NCBI RefSeq assembly: GCF_018977255.1
Contig: NW_024704742.1
Span: 23,252,001 to 23,316,000, forward strand
Source of the DNA: Callorhinchus milii
Taxonomy: Eukaryota
Length of the DNA stretch: 64,000 nt
Direction: 5' to 3'
The notes below the pieces were generated by a model that was given only the letters and a program-made list of their open reading frames with translations, was not told the DNA's origin and did not search any database. Within the stretch, counting starts at the first letter, position 1. Each line of letters begins with the position of its first letter. Shown piece after piece: positions 52,301-64,000 of the stretch. Both the position numbers and the translations under genes were made by a program.

Positions 52301-54825
52301 ATCAAAGTGGAAATACTTTGTGGTACTGGAATGTTTCCATTTGTAATTTGGGTTAAAGCCCATTATGTTGACGTGAACAGTGGTTTTGCATATACTGGAG
52401 CATATATTGCGTTTTTGTTGCAAATAACTAGGTTCCCTTCACGTTATGTTCTGAAGCAGAAGTAGGTTCCCCCATTATTTGATTTATTTGGAATGTATCC
52501 AGGAATATGTTTTTAATAGCATTAACTGAGCTTTGGGATTGTTTTGCTCAAAACTAAAATTTCTGCTCTGAGCTGCCACCCAATCTGTAACTTTGATGCA
52601 TTCTCGAGCGAGAATGTAGAATTTAAACTAGTACATGATGCAGAAACAAGAAAATAAACACTGAACAAAACAAATAAGTAAAGAATTCCCCATTTAAGGA
52701 TGAACTTATAGAAAATACATCAATAAGATAAAAATTTTAATCATCAATATGTAAAATTGTCACTAAGTCAGCCTTTAACATTGACAGTATCTTGTTTGAC
52801 AAAAGCCATGTGTTTTGATATTTTTCTATGATTTCTTGTCAGAAAGGTCTCAATTAATCTTTCTTCCTCTCCTGAAGGTGTTGACTTATACTGGAGTATT
52901 AAGTGCTAACAAACTTTTGTGCAACAGTTTTGACTCACTATTTGATTACTGAAAAGTGGAGAGGCTTGGGAGTTTGACATATTTATGTCTGATATAGAAC
53001 TCACTCAATGTTCACCATACATTTTCCAGCTGAGGGCACTGTATAACAATGCAAAGTGGGGCATCTAGCTGATTTTCCCTCTGTACCCAGAGAGGTCAGT
53101 TATTGTGTTTTATCATTCCTTTAGCCAAGATAACGGTCTCACCTCAGATCAAGGGACCCATCATGCTTAAGAGTATCCAAACCAGACAGAGTTTCACATG
53201 TGAATGCAGACTACAGATGGAAATTTCCCTGTATCTGTAATGGAATGTGTATGCACCGTTTCCCTGGAGGAATGCACCCAGCTTACCAAATTACAGTGTA
53301 TTAGGTCCAGGCTGACAAGAGCCAATGCTTGAGGACCCCAGAGTGTGTATTTGGGTGCTGCTGAGTTGGCTGTATTGCCATCAGCAGTACCCTGGAGGGC
53401 TGCAGACACACTGGGCTCAGAAACTTGACCACCAAGATGACTATAGAGGATTGAATTGATTCTGACATTCCGTTGTCAAGCACGTAATTTTGGTGCCAGG
53501 TCAGCTTCCAAGAGTAATCTGCTTACCTTCCTCATTCCCAAGGTACAATAGCCACCAGGTATCAAGCCCAAAACCTCCCTAGTTTCCATGGTTCTGTGAT
53601 GTCCCATATTGTGCATTTACACAGAAGCCACTGGGGAGCTGCCTCAAAAAAATGCTTAAAGAAATTAAGATTCTCATTGAAAACTCTAGAAAGTGTGTGC
53701 CATTTTATCAAAAGGTATTTAACTGCTTTTTCTGAAGGGTCTTATATGCAAACAGTATTTCCCAAATTATTTGCAGATCATCTTCAATGCTTCCTGTTAA
53801 ATGAATATAAACTCATTCATTGTTATATTCTTTTGGAACCAACTAAACATACATTACTTAAATGTGTATATCTAGGCCTTATAGCTCAGACAGCTGCCCA
53901 ATGACATGGGTTTTGGCTTAGACATGCACACCAAAGCCCAACCCCAAGAGGTACCATCTGTATCTGAAAATCATTTCCTAACATGCCATCATTTTGCATA
54001 ATATGTACAAGATACCTCCCCAAAATGTTTCAATTTGTGGAAAATTGCAAATGCTACAGCAAGGGGAGTTGGCTGCCTAAGAGAAAAAGTCACGAAGAAC
54101 CAGGCAATATGATGTCAGCGGCAATCCATTGCTGAATGTCTGACATCAGAGCGATAAAATAACTACAGAATTATCTGTTCAACATTAGAACATGCAGAAC
54201 TCAGACAGAATTTTCAGAAAATAAACACAAATATTAATCGCGTCCTGAACTGCAAATGTCCTATAGTTCGCCGAGTTTTATAAGTAAACCTATACATTTT
54301 TATTTTTCTTCTAGTGAAAAATTGAGATCGCTGAAAACATTTTCATAACTAACCACATCAGTAGTCATTTCTTCTTAAGAGCAAGTGAAATTTTCCACAC
54401 ACATGGAAACATATTTATAACCAAAATTCCTTTCATCAGTAAATCAATCATATTGTAGGCCAATCCTGCAATCTTCCAACCACCCTTTCAAATTCAATTG
54501 AGAGTACCCTTGCGAGATGTTCCAAGCCCCAGGCAAACTGCTGCTATTTATAAACACAAAATACAGCCAGTTTCTTCATCAAAGGAGCTAGTTTCATTAG
54601 TATTTTGAAGTTCTGATCAAATAGTAATAAATGGACTTGCATGTGTTTTCTAGTAGGAAAATGATAAGACAGTTAACTCAAGAACTCAGTCGGAGGTCTG
54701 GTTCTCCAAATGCCTGGTTCCTACTTCATTATCCAACAATAGTATTCAGACGTATAAGTCACCACTCAATATTACATATCTATTGTTTCTATCTGATCCA
54801 TTGGATTGGAAAATCATTCTTAATC

Positions 54826-54968
54826 GTAATAATAATAATCCTTGCATTTGATATAGCGCTTTTCACATCTTCTAGACATCTCAAAGCGCTTCACAGAATA
54901 TGCTGTAAAGTGAATTGACCGTCTATTTGTGGGTGAAATTGCGCACAGCAGTGTCCCACAAACAGTCG
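54826..54968 (-). mobile_element. SINE 3' fragment
   Basis: Matches the 3' half of 29373-29687. Confidence 0.85.
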
Positions 54969-55197
54969 TTTTTTTTTACTCAAAAAAATTCTTTTTTGAG
55001 TAATGAGCTTTTGTTCTTAAAACAAAGCAATTAGAGAAGTGCCGCAAGTATGTCTGAATTCTTTGGTGTAGTCGTATACATTAATGAAAGAAGATTGTTT
55101 CATCCATTTATGAATATTTTCTGTAACTATGAATTGGATGTATAACAGTGTAGAGCGTAAGGCAAAGAGAATACAAGATCACAGTCAGACAAAACAT

Positions 55198-56150
55198 CGT
55201 AAGAACACAGAAGTAGAAAAGGCATTTTAGCCCATCAAACTATTACAGACCACAAGAAACCTGCCTAAGCATGGATTCCGAAACACCTGATCTCCTGGAG
55301 CAAGTTCTCCAAAAGTAATCAAGCAAAACTCCAGAATATTTATCCATTCCCCACAACTCTGCCATTCAACCCTGCCTACTTCTCTTACAAGACACTCCCT
55401 TAACTCATTCACTCTAAGTTGCAGCGTTGTTGGAGTGGTCATTCTTCAGATGAGATGTTAAGGTAGACATTTCCTTGTTCAGGTAGACATTAAAGATCCC
55501 ACGGGAGTCCTGGTGAATAATATCTCCCCCCACCACTCCCAAATCCTCCAATACTGTTTCCAAGCGGATACTATTGTAACGTTAATCAACTCAGCACCAA
55601 CTGATTTTGTTGGGAGTCTGTGCCACATAGTTCGGTGCACAGATAATAAGTGCAGGTGGAAGAGAGAGGAAAGAATGGAAGAACTCTTTCTAATCTCCAG
55701 TCTTGCTTGAGATTTATTAATTTTAAACTCATGCCCTTTAGTTCTACTCTCAAGGTTCAAGTCAAATAATCTACTAACATTTGCATCATCTATGCCTGCC
55801 AGGAAAATAAATCACAGAAAGATGGTTATTTTAGTCATCATAACATGATAGACCCCTATACCCTCATGATAATGAATGAAGTTGCTTTAAAGTCCCAACT
55901 TCTAATCTTACTCCAAAACAAAAACACATTTTCAGAAGAACAGCACCTACTTTTGCCCTCCCACAAAATAATAATAATCCTTACATTTGATATAGTTGGG
56001 AGAATGTGGCCGCACAAAATCACTTGGGCGGCCTCATAGGGCCATATTTCAGAAACAATGGTCTATGCGAGTTCAAAGTCCCTATGTGGAGCTTGAACTC
56101 ACAACCTTCTGACTCAGAGGCGATAGTGCTATCTACTGAGCCAGGCTGAC
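55198..56150. mobile_element. Cluster of old CR1 and Deu-SINE fragments
   Basis: CR1-like translation SRTKGHEFKINKSQARLEIRK; Deu core ttcagatgagatgttaa...aaagatccc; SINE head at 56075-56150. Confidence 0.6.
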
Positions 56151-57820
56151 ACCTACACAATCCCAGAGCAAGCATATGAAAGAAATATCTGTAGAAAAAG
56201 GCCAATTACAAGGGTGTTGCTCAAGCTTGGCCTGGGCCTGAGGAAGTATGTTGTCTTTGCTCCTTCCTCTAGCTCACGACACTGCTCCTCTCACCCTCAA
56301 ATTTCTTCCCAGGTGAAAGAATGCAAGACATAGGACTATAATGACCCAACCAACAGGAACACTCGTTAATATAGAGAGAAAACTCGAGCCCCAGTGACAA
56401 AAAATGATTTCCGCAATTCTTAAACATGCACTATGCCAAAGTAACAGGGTAAACAGCCACCACCCTTTCAGCACTGCTCAAACAAAATGTGTAAATGGCT
56501 TCACAGTACATTTTTCTGTATGTAAATCTTTGAAAAATTAACAGAGCAAATTTGGCACATTCATCTTTTGTGAGGACACATCCTGTCGAAAAATATTAAA
56601 TTGTGAAGAATTGCTACATTATTGACAGAAATAATCTAAACTGGGACTTTGGTATCGTCCAGACACATGGAACTATCTGCAAACTGGCAACACATTTCCT
56701 TCTCAACTAATAAAAATGCTTTGCTAAGTTACTTCTTAAAAAAGGCTGATTTAACCTGTTTAACTTATTGATTCTCTGAGATTGACAAGAGCCAATAACC
56801 ATTGATCACATGTCGAGTGGCTTCAACAATTTGGATAGAGTTCACAAGCAAAATTAAATGACTAACATTTGGGACACATTGAAACAAACCAAATGAGTCC
56901 ATCTGGTGAATGATGTAAGAGCAACTGTTAAAGTAGAAATATTTTGCTCCAAAACTAAAGACAAATGCTGTGGCTGAGGATTTAATAACATGACTATGCA
57001 AAATGAGTAACTTGATCCCTTGGTAATATTCATTAAAAGCTTCAGCGTCCTCAAGGGTACTATGTATATAATTTCATCATTAGAATCCTGCCACCACTCT
57101 CTCCACTAGCACATGGAGAACATGAAAATTTAAATTAAGGAAATCTAACACTAGATCTGTAAGTAACTACCAAAAAAAGGCAGAAAACAGAATGAAAGAT
57201 AGATCTTTGTAGGATTCCATGTGCCCACCTTGGCTGAATTTCTGAAGTATCTGCAATATAATCTACGAACCTTTATAAAACACTCACCTTGAAAGAAGCA
57301 TGTGTTTTCTTTTCATATTAACTGTTTTACAAATACCACAATTTTATGAGAAGTTCTGTCGTATCTAAACAGGACCTCTTCTATGGATTAATCCTTTATG
57401 AGGGCAGAACTCTGCACAAGGTTGCAAAGATGCCTGCGGAATTATAGCTCACTGGTTTCTTCAATCTCTGAGCACAGAGTGAAATTCACGCACCTCAGGA
57501 TTGGGCCAGGAGATGCAAATATTGTAAAACAAATTAGTTTCAAATGATAACTGTATTAGCTCAAAATAAAATTCAGGTTAAAACAATATTCAAATGGACT
57601 TTTTGCACCCTAAACTTCTTCTGTGTAGGAGGTTTTGCACAAATGTCATAGGCTGCTGAAAGGGTTAATGCGGATCTGTAAAGGGGGTGCAGCATTTCAT
57701 TAAGAGGAAAAGGAGCAGATGGAGCAGTACCAAAAAAATTAGAGTTTGTGACCCTGACCCCTGTGATTACCCTCAGTCAAAGTCTGGTTCAGTGAATGTG
57801 CAGAGGAAGATGGCAATTAC

Positions 57821-57976
57821 CTGTGTCGGTGGAGTAAACACGGAAACTCTTATCCCAGAAGCCACAGACCAGGATGAAGCGGTTATCTGCAGTGATCACG
57901 AAGCACTGGGAATTGATCTGAATGCTTTGATCCAAGAGGTCAGTGATTTGCCTTCTGTGCATGCTGGTGTTATTAG
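57821..57976 (-). CDS. LRBA: LRBA exon (A)NNTSMHRRQITDLLDQSIQINSQCFVITADNRFILVCGFWDKSFRVYSTDT
   Basis: ttag| ... |gtaatt; 156 nt; phase 1 to 1. Confidence 0.97.
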
Positions 57977-58590
57977 CTAAAAGTTAAAACATAACACACA
58001 AAAATAGCATTAGTATTCCACCATCATCGTCAATGGAGAAATGTACTGTATACCTAGTGTTTGGAAATTGTATATTACTGTAATTTAGACTTCTGAACAG
58101 CAGGGCCATAAAACTAAGATTTGATCTCTTTAATGATGAAATCTTGGCACCAGTTCTATATTTTTCACCACTCAATGCAATAAAGAACCCTGCTGTTATT
58201 ATGAAAATTTCCTTTGCAATGGAGCGACCACATTACGAGGGCACCAATTCATCATAAGCCAGCTCATTCACGCTCATCAACAAGTCCAAGTGATGAAAAG
58301 ATCCAATATTATCCTGACAGTACTTCATGCGCATTCTCAATCACACATTATTACAGCATCCATATTAATTTTCACTGACACGGGTTCTATCCCTGTACAA
58401 ATTAGGCAAACCAACGAGGGGGAGTTGATGAAATACCAGCGAATCCACAGCTCATTGCATTCCAATTTGCATGCAAATGGTTTATCGAGAAAATTCCATT
58501 CCCAACCACCACCAGTGAAAAACAACAGTAATCTCCACTTCAGTGCACTATACAGGGTGTAATGAATCGCAGAAAAGAAAGCTGACAGAC

Positions 58591-58653
58591 CTATCAGAGG
58601 ATCGATTTCAACTGGCAGCTGGTATGGCTGTTCCTGCATAGTTCCATGAAGGC
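58591..58653 (-). CDS. LRBA: LRBA exon (G)LHGTMQEQPYQLPVEIDPLI
   Basis: ctag| ... |gtctgt; 63 nt; phase 1 to 1. Confidence 0.95.
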
Positions 58654-59306
58654 CTAGAATTGTTGATAAATAAAACATTGGTGTATACATGCACATTGAA
58701 AATAATAATACTTCCGTTTTACATGTTCTCTAGATCTTTAAGTACATCAGACACCTTGAGATTTCATACCATATTCTATATATTATTTGTTACATTCACT
58801 GGATCCAAAGATTTGAATATCCTTCTTTTGAATGAATCCCACATATCTGCCTATTTTTAAATTTCATGTTTTAATGCGAGCGAGATATTCTTTAGTTTTC
58901 CAAAGCAGATTTTGTTCATAAAAATCAATTTCTTATTCAGCTCAGCCTGCTGTGAAGGGACAGACCTCAGTATTTCAACCTGATTTTGTCCAGCTACCCA
59001 TTACTATTGGTGTATATAGCATAATAAGCAGCAAATCCAAAATGCTACATACAGCGTGTTACGAAATAAGTTGGATCACACTTACTGTTAAGTGGAAATA
59101 AAAGTAAGCATGCTTTGTTCCTATATCATTACAAATTTAATCTAATTATAGATATTCAAATACTGGTAAACAACAATTTTATTTTAATCAACAGAAATAT
59201 TGAAACACAGTCTTTTTTTCCCACATAATTAACACTCGCAGAACAATGATTCAACTCAAAAGGACTGAAGAGCAAATGCAGTTGTCACAAACATCTCTGT
59301 ACTCAC

Positions 59307-59484
59307 CAGTAATATTATGCCACTTGTTCACAGCAAACAGCCTGCTAGCGGTTACTGTAATAATGGCTGATACAGCCAGGCCTGGCTGAGTGTTGGCAGC
59401 AACATGGGTGACAGGGGAGTTGGACGGGAATTTAAGTACCATGATGACATCCTGCTGCATCTGGTCTGTGAACATCAGAGGAGT
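59307..59484 (-). CDS. LRBA: LRBA exon TPLMFTDQMQQDVIMVLKFPSNSPVTHVAANTQPG...NKWHNIT
   Basis: gcag| ... |gtgagt; 178 nt; phase 0 to 1. The NTQPG and NKWHN residues are LRBA-type rather than NBEA-type. Confidence 0.97.
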
Positions 59485-59499
59485 CTGCAGGAGGAGATA
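59485..59499 (-). CDS. LRBA: In-frame alternative acceptor extension YLLLQ
   Basis: aacag|TATCTCCTCCTGCAG|ACT: two AGs 15 nt apart. Confidence 0.65.
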
Positions 59500-60055
59500 C
59501 TGTTCAGTGGCAAAACCCCAAATCAAATACAAACCAAAAAGAAAAAAAAAGGTGGCAGGAAAAAAGAAAGAGAAAAGAGGGGGGAAATAACAAACAGAAA
59601 GAAATAGGTTAGAAGCAGAAAACAGAGCATAGGTACATCTACAAGCAAAGAGGGACAGATTAGGCCATTTTCCTCTCATTTGCAATCTGTTTTATTGCTT
59701 GAGTATTGAGTAGCTAATCCTTTGTCCTCACCAGAAAAGAGCTTTAATTGAATTGGTAAACAAGTTCTCTGTTACAAACAGAGTGCTGATCTTACTTATT
59801 GTTTTAAAATGAAAGTAAGAATCAAACTTGCATCCAAATCTCCAAGATGTACTCCAAGAGAAATGTGTACATTTACAAGTTAACTACAGTTCAACAAAGA
59901 CTAGAAGAAAAGCGTTTGTGCAAATCTAGAAGCAAATAGTTAGTCCAAAGCTTTTGCATGCAAACAAAGAGATTTTAGGCATATGGATTACAGCTTCAAA
60001 GAAATCTAGTATACTTGATGCAACTGATTCTTCTCGAATTGCATCTAAAAAATTC

Positions 60056-60120
60056 CAACCACAAAATATCTATTGATATAATTAATTACAACCACAAAAT
60101 ATCTATTAATATAATTAATA
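60056..60120. repeat. Tandem duplication, 2 x 33 bp (near-perfect)
   Basis: caaccacaaaatatctatt(g/a)atataattaat is repeated. Confidence 0.9.
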
Positions 60121-61976
60121 ATGCAAACATATCAATCACAAATTCAATTGAATGTCGTCAGAAGGCAAAATAAAGGAAGAAATCCTGCAATGCTGCTTGT
60201 ACTTGGGTTGTTCAAGTAACTATTAGTTCGATTTTCGGAGCATACAAGGAGACGTAAAAACAAAAAGGTGGATAATAAGCTTCACTGACACCCTTCTGCG
60301 AGAGTGGCTAAAAGCCAATCAATATTATGAGTTAATCTCCCCAGATACTCATTCAATTAAAGGTGTCAGTAATGCCTCATCTGATGTAGCCTCAATTAAA
60401 TCCAACTATCTGATCCACTGAAAACACTGGGGATTGGGCAGTAGACAAATCGGCAGTGTGCGTGTGCCTGCTAATTACTACACCTGGCATAAATTACCAC
60501 TGATACACTTGGCACAGCACGACATAACCTTATTTTCTAAAGTCTGTGGCTCATTTCGAAGGCTAATTTGCCTGGTGAAACACAATGAATTTTTATTAGG
60601 TGCCTTGAAGAAAAAAGAAACCCGTTCGTCAAAGACATTTCAGTGTGGACGGAGCCCTCGGTTCTTGACTTGAATAGAACCACCATTCAGGAATTCATTT
60701 ACAACCCTTTTTCTTTCACTGTTGCCCCGCAGAGGAAACAGGCAGTTTTTTTGTCACCAGGTGCTCTCTTGCTGCTTGTTATTAAATGTGCACCAGTTAA
60801 GTTGCTCCTTGAATTTTCTTTCCTGCTTCACATAGTCCAACTAAGATTGAGAATTTATAAAACAAGCTGTCACTGCCCTATGGTACAGATTATACTACTA
60901 CACCTTACTATCCAGCTATGTATTCCTACTAAAGAGCATTGAACAATAGGTAGGAATTATTCAGGGCAAAATAGTTAATATTGCTGTTAAACTGCCTCAG
61001 TAAATGTTTTTTTTAAACTCATGTCTATTGTACCACATTATACAAGGGGAGGGCCAACATGTCCCATCACTGTACCTGATCCTGACAAGAGATCAAGTCT
61101 CTGAGTGCTCTTCTAACCATATCAAACTGCCCGTAAAAATGATAAATATTTGGAATATTCAGTGAAATACTGTAAATGAAAATTTAAATTTACAACAAAG
61201 CTAATATACTGTTTTCTACCAATTCCCCCCTTTCCCTTCCTCTTGAGAAGGTGTTGGGTATTCCCAGAATGACTTCCCAATATTTCATTGCCTATTCTTA
61301 ATATGTGAACCTGAGGGGAATGGCAAGTGTTGGCAGGCTATTTGATTGTGAAAGCCAGCATATCCTGATCCTCTCCTTATTTCACATTCACACTCACTCT
61401 TCCAGCATGTAGTGGTCACTAGATCCCTAGCAGGAATGGGAATCCCAGCCAATTTTGTTCTTTCCTTGCCTGGGGACACCAGGGCCAAATACAACAACTG
61501 TGTAGTGATTGACTATCTGTGCACATCTCAAGTATTGAACCTGGGCCACACTGATCTGTGTAGGTTAGCGTTACCCCACACAGCAGCCAGGGGCTGCCAT
61601 ACTAACGAGATGCACTGTACAGCTCAAAGAAATCGCAGAAAAGGCAGAGATTTCCATCAGCTCTCCCAGTTATTAAATGCATTCAGCACCTGGACAATTT
61701 AACACTACTATGATGGCAGAATGCATTCCATTTGTGAAATGCATTACGATAAAGCACATGCAACGGAACAAATGTCATAGAAAGACAGAAATTTGCATGG
61801 ATTGACACCATAATGTAGGCATCACCAGTAAGCCTTAACCCCGAGCATAATACCGGTATCATCAATGACCTCAGCATGAATATAACTGGATGTTTCTTTC
61901 ACGTCCATTAATTCATTGAAGCAATATCAAACTGCACATAGGAACAGCTGGTTTAAAAACTGGGCGATGTACTTAC

Positions 61977-62066
61977 CACTTGCATGGCAGAGCTTCTGGG
62001 TGGATGTGGCTCGATTAAGAGTTGGGAAGGAGTCTGACCAAAGCTTCGAATCTGGGATTCCACGGC
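61977..62066 (-). CDS. LRBA: LRBA exon ending the BEACH domain: [30 protein letters not shown]
   Basis: ttcag| ... |gtaagt; 90 nt; carries the BEACH FGQTPxQL...PHPPR motif. Confidence 0.97.
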
Positions 62067-64000
62067 CTGAAAGAGACACACATTTGCTAGAACTGCTAAT
62101 CACAAGTATTTGAAACATAAGCATCACCTGGAAATGTCAGCAACATGGTCTGGATTTTATCATATTTAAAATCAAGCCCGTGTGTTCACTATAACTAGGA
62201 TCTTGGCACTCACACCTAGGATTAGCTCATCTCCAACTATACACGTTATTTCCACAAAACACTCTTATCCCCTTTGATATGAAACAGAGACCAGCAGTTA
62301 CAGGCACAATTTTGACCCTTGCCTTTGTTTTGTCTCTAGAATTGCACTACCTTCTGGTTTTGCGTTCCTCAGTAAATAAAAGCAGAACTAAAGTTGAACA
62401 TATATTAGCTTTTTCTATGCCAAGACAGCTCATTACAAAATAACTGAGTGGGAAACTGTAAAGTATAGAATGGTTTATCGCTATTGACTTTCTTATTTAA
62501 CCATCTGCACAAATAAAGGAATTTCAGTACTTTTGCATTCTGTCCAATTTCTGCATCGATTCACAATACTCTTGTAGAATGATGGAAATTACAAACTTGA
62601 CATTCATTTTCAGAAATATTTGTTAACCGAATCGGTACTGAAAAGGCTTTGAATTTTTAAACTGCGCACACCTTTCTTCTGAAATGCCAGCAGCAAAAAT
62701 AATTTTCCTTTACATTTTCAAGGAGGAATGTTATAAAAGTAGAATTATGCCCCATTTATACTGCTGGAAGTGATTTGAAATTGCTTCCAGCAGTAAAGTG
62801 ATTAGGAGCGGGAAGCAGCATTTATATTTCATCACTCTAAAATTGCATCCATCGGGAGCTCAAAAGGCCTGTGTACACAGAAGTCCACTAAACAGCGATG
62901 AATGCTGGTCACTTTAATTATTAAAGAGTCAGTTGTCCAACATGCTCTTTAAATGGCATTGAAAAAAGTCCTTTACAAACTTTTAAGCGATCAATGGTGA
63001 GTGGAGACCAAATTCGCACCACTTGTATTAATGTTGCAGCGGTGCAAATCGATTTCCTGGTAACACCACCTCCTCAAGATGCTTTCTACAGCCAGTCTCC
63101 AATGCATATTCACTTTGTAATCACGCATTGCAAACTGGATTTACACCGTGTCTTTCATGTTGATTTGATGTCATTTCGATGTCAAATCTCTGCCAAAAGT
63201 ATAAATAGGGCAATAAGGAGAGATGCACAGAACTCATTAAAAAATCACTGTAAATTCTAATAGTATTGGATTTTTAGTTTGAGGTAGAAATTCTATAGCA
63301 AATCTTAAAGGATTAATCTTAAAATCCACATTTACCTCCTGCTCCCTTATACATCCGGTAACTTTGTGTTTTCTCAGAATCCACTTCATTAAGCAATTGA
63401 AAGGGACAGAACAAAATGAGAAAGATGAGGGTCATGTGATGAGAGACAGAGACTTGTTCAATGAAAGTTCAAAATGAAAATTTCTCCCTTCTTTCGTTAG
63501 TTACAGAAACTAACCATAGATGGAGAAACAAATGACAAAGAAACCATCTGTCAGCAATCTAGTCCAGCTCTTATTCACTCTCTCCCACAGCTCTGTTTCC
63601 AGACTTCAAAAATATTAGCCCAAAATAGACTTTTCCTGACCAATTTAATGGCAATACTGTACGAGAAATAAATCCTATCTCTAGGAAATGATCGCTTGCA
63701 CCCAAATATGGTGTATTTTACTTATCTAAAATGCAATAATCAGTAACTAAATATAAGTTGAATACCCCTTTACAGCAGCAAATCACCACGTTGGACTGAA
63801 TGTTGGACTTTCTCATGCAGGTTGGAATTAACTGCTGAAAAACTGACCAAGAGAACAATGCTGACCAAATGTTATGTGTATTGCTGGGATATCTGCTCAG
63901 TAATCTTTAGATTGTTAAAACAGATGATGTTGTTCTGTTTCTATTATATACATTTGAAGCCAGAAAATAATAGGGTTTAAAGTCTAGGGTATGCAATGGG

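Noticed and set aside
15029..62066. Assignment to NBEA instead of LRBA
   Set aside because: Residues such as [28 protein letters not shown] and SIVLFY, plus the DCLK2-type neighbour, fit LRBA.
1..64000. Prokaryotic systems such as CRISPR arrays or operons
   Set aside because: The DNA is a spliced vertebrate locus; the repeats are dispersed retroelements or two-unit duplications without spacers.

Overview
Vertebrate genomic DNA, most likely from a cartilaginous fish; the tRNA-headed SINEs with (TTA)n tails, L2/CR1 LINEs and Deu-domain SINEs suggest a chimaera or shark (inference). The window holds the convergent 3' ends of two genes. On the + strand is the end of DCLK2 (terminal coding exon 3675-3899). 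On the - strand are the last nine coding exons of LRBA (end of the BEACH domain plus WD40 repeats, 62066 to the stop at 15029). These nine exons splice with GT-AG borders into one open frame of 1197 nt. The introns carry a complete but decayed Ty3/Gypsy LTR element (two LTRs, PBS, 5-bp TSD), two long L2 fragments, many SINE and CR1 pieces, and two short elements with hammerhead-ribozyme-like cores. The most interesting signals concern splicing. The DCLK2 last exon appears usable in all three reading frames through a 13-nt microexon and an acceptor 50 nt upstream. LRBA shows a tandem acceptor adding YLLLQ, an 84-codon intron read-through frame and a candidate alternative last exon. Most ORFs in the supplied track are spurious. 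Homology calls come from my recognition of the sequences, not from a database search.
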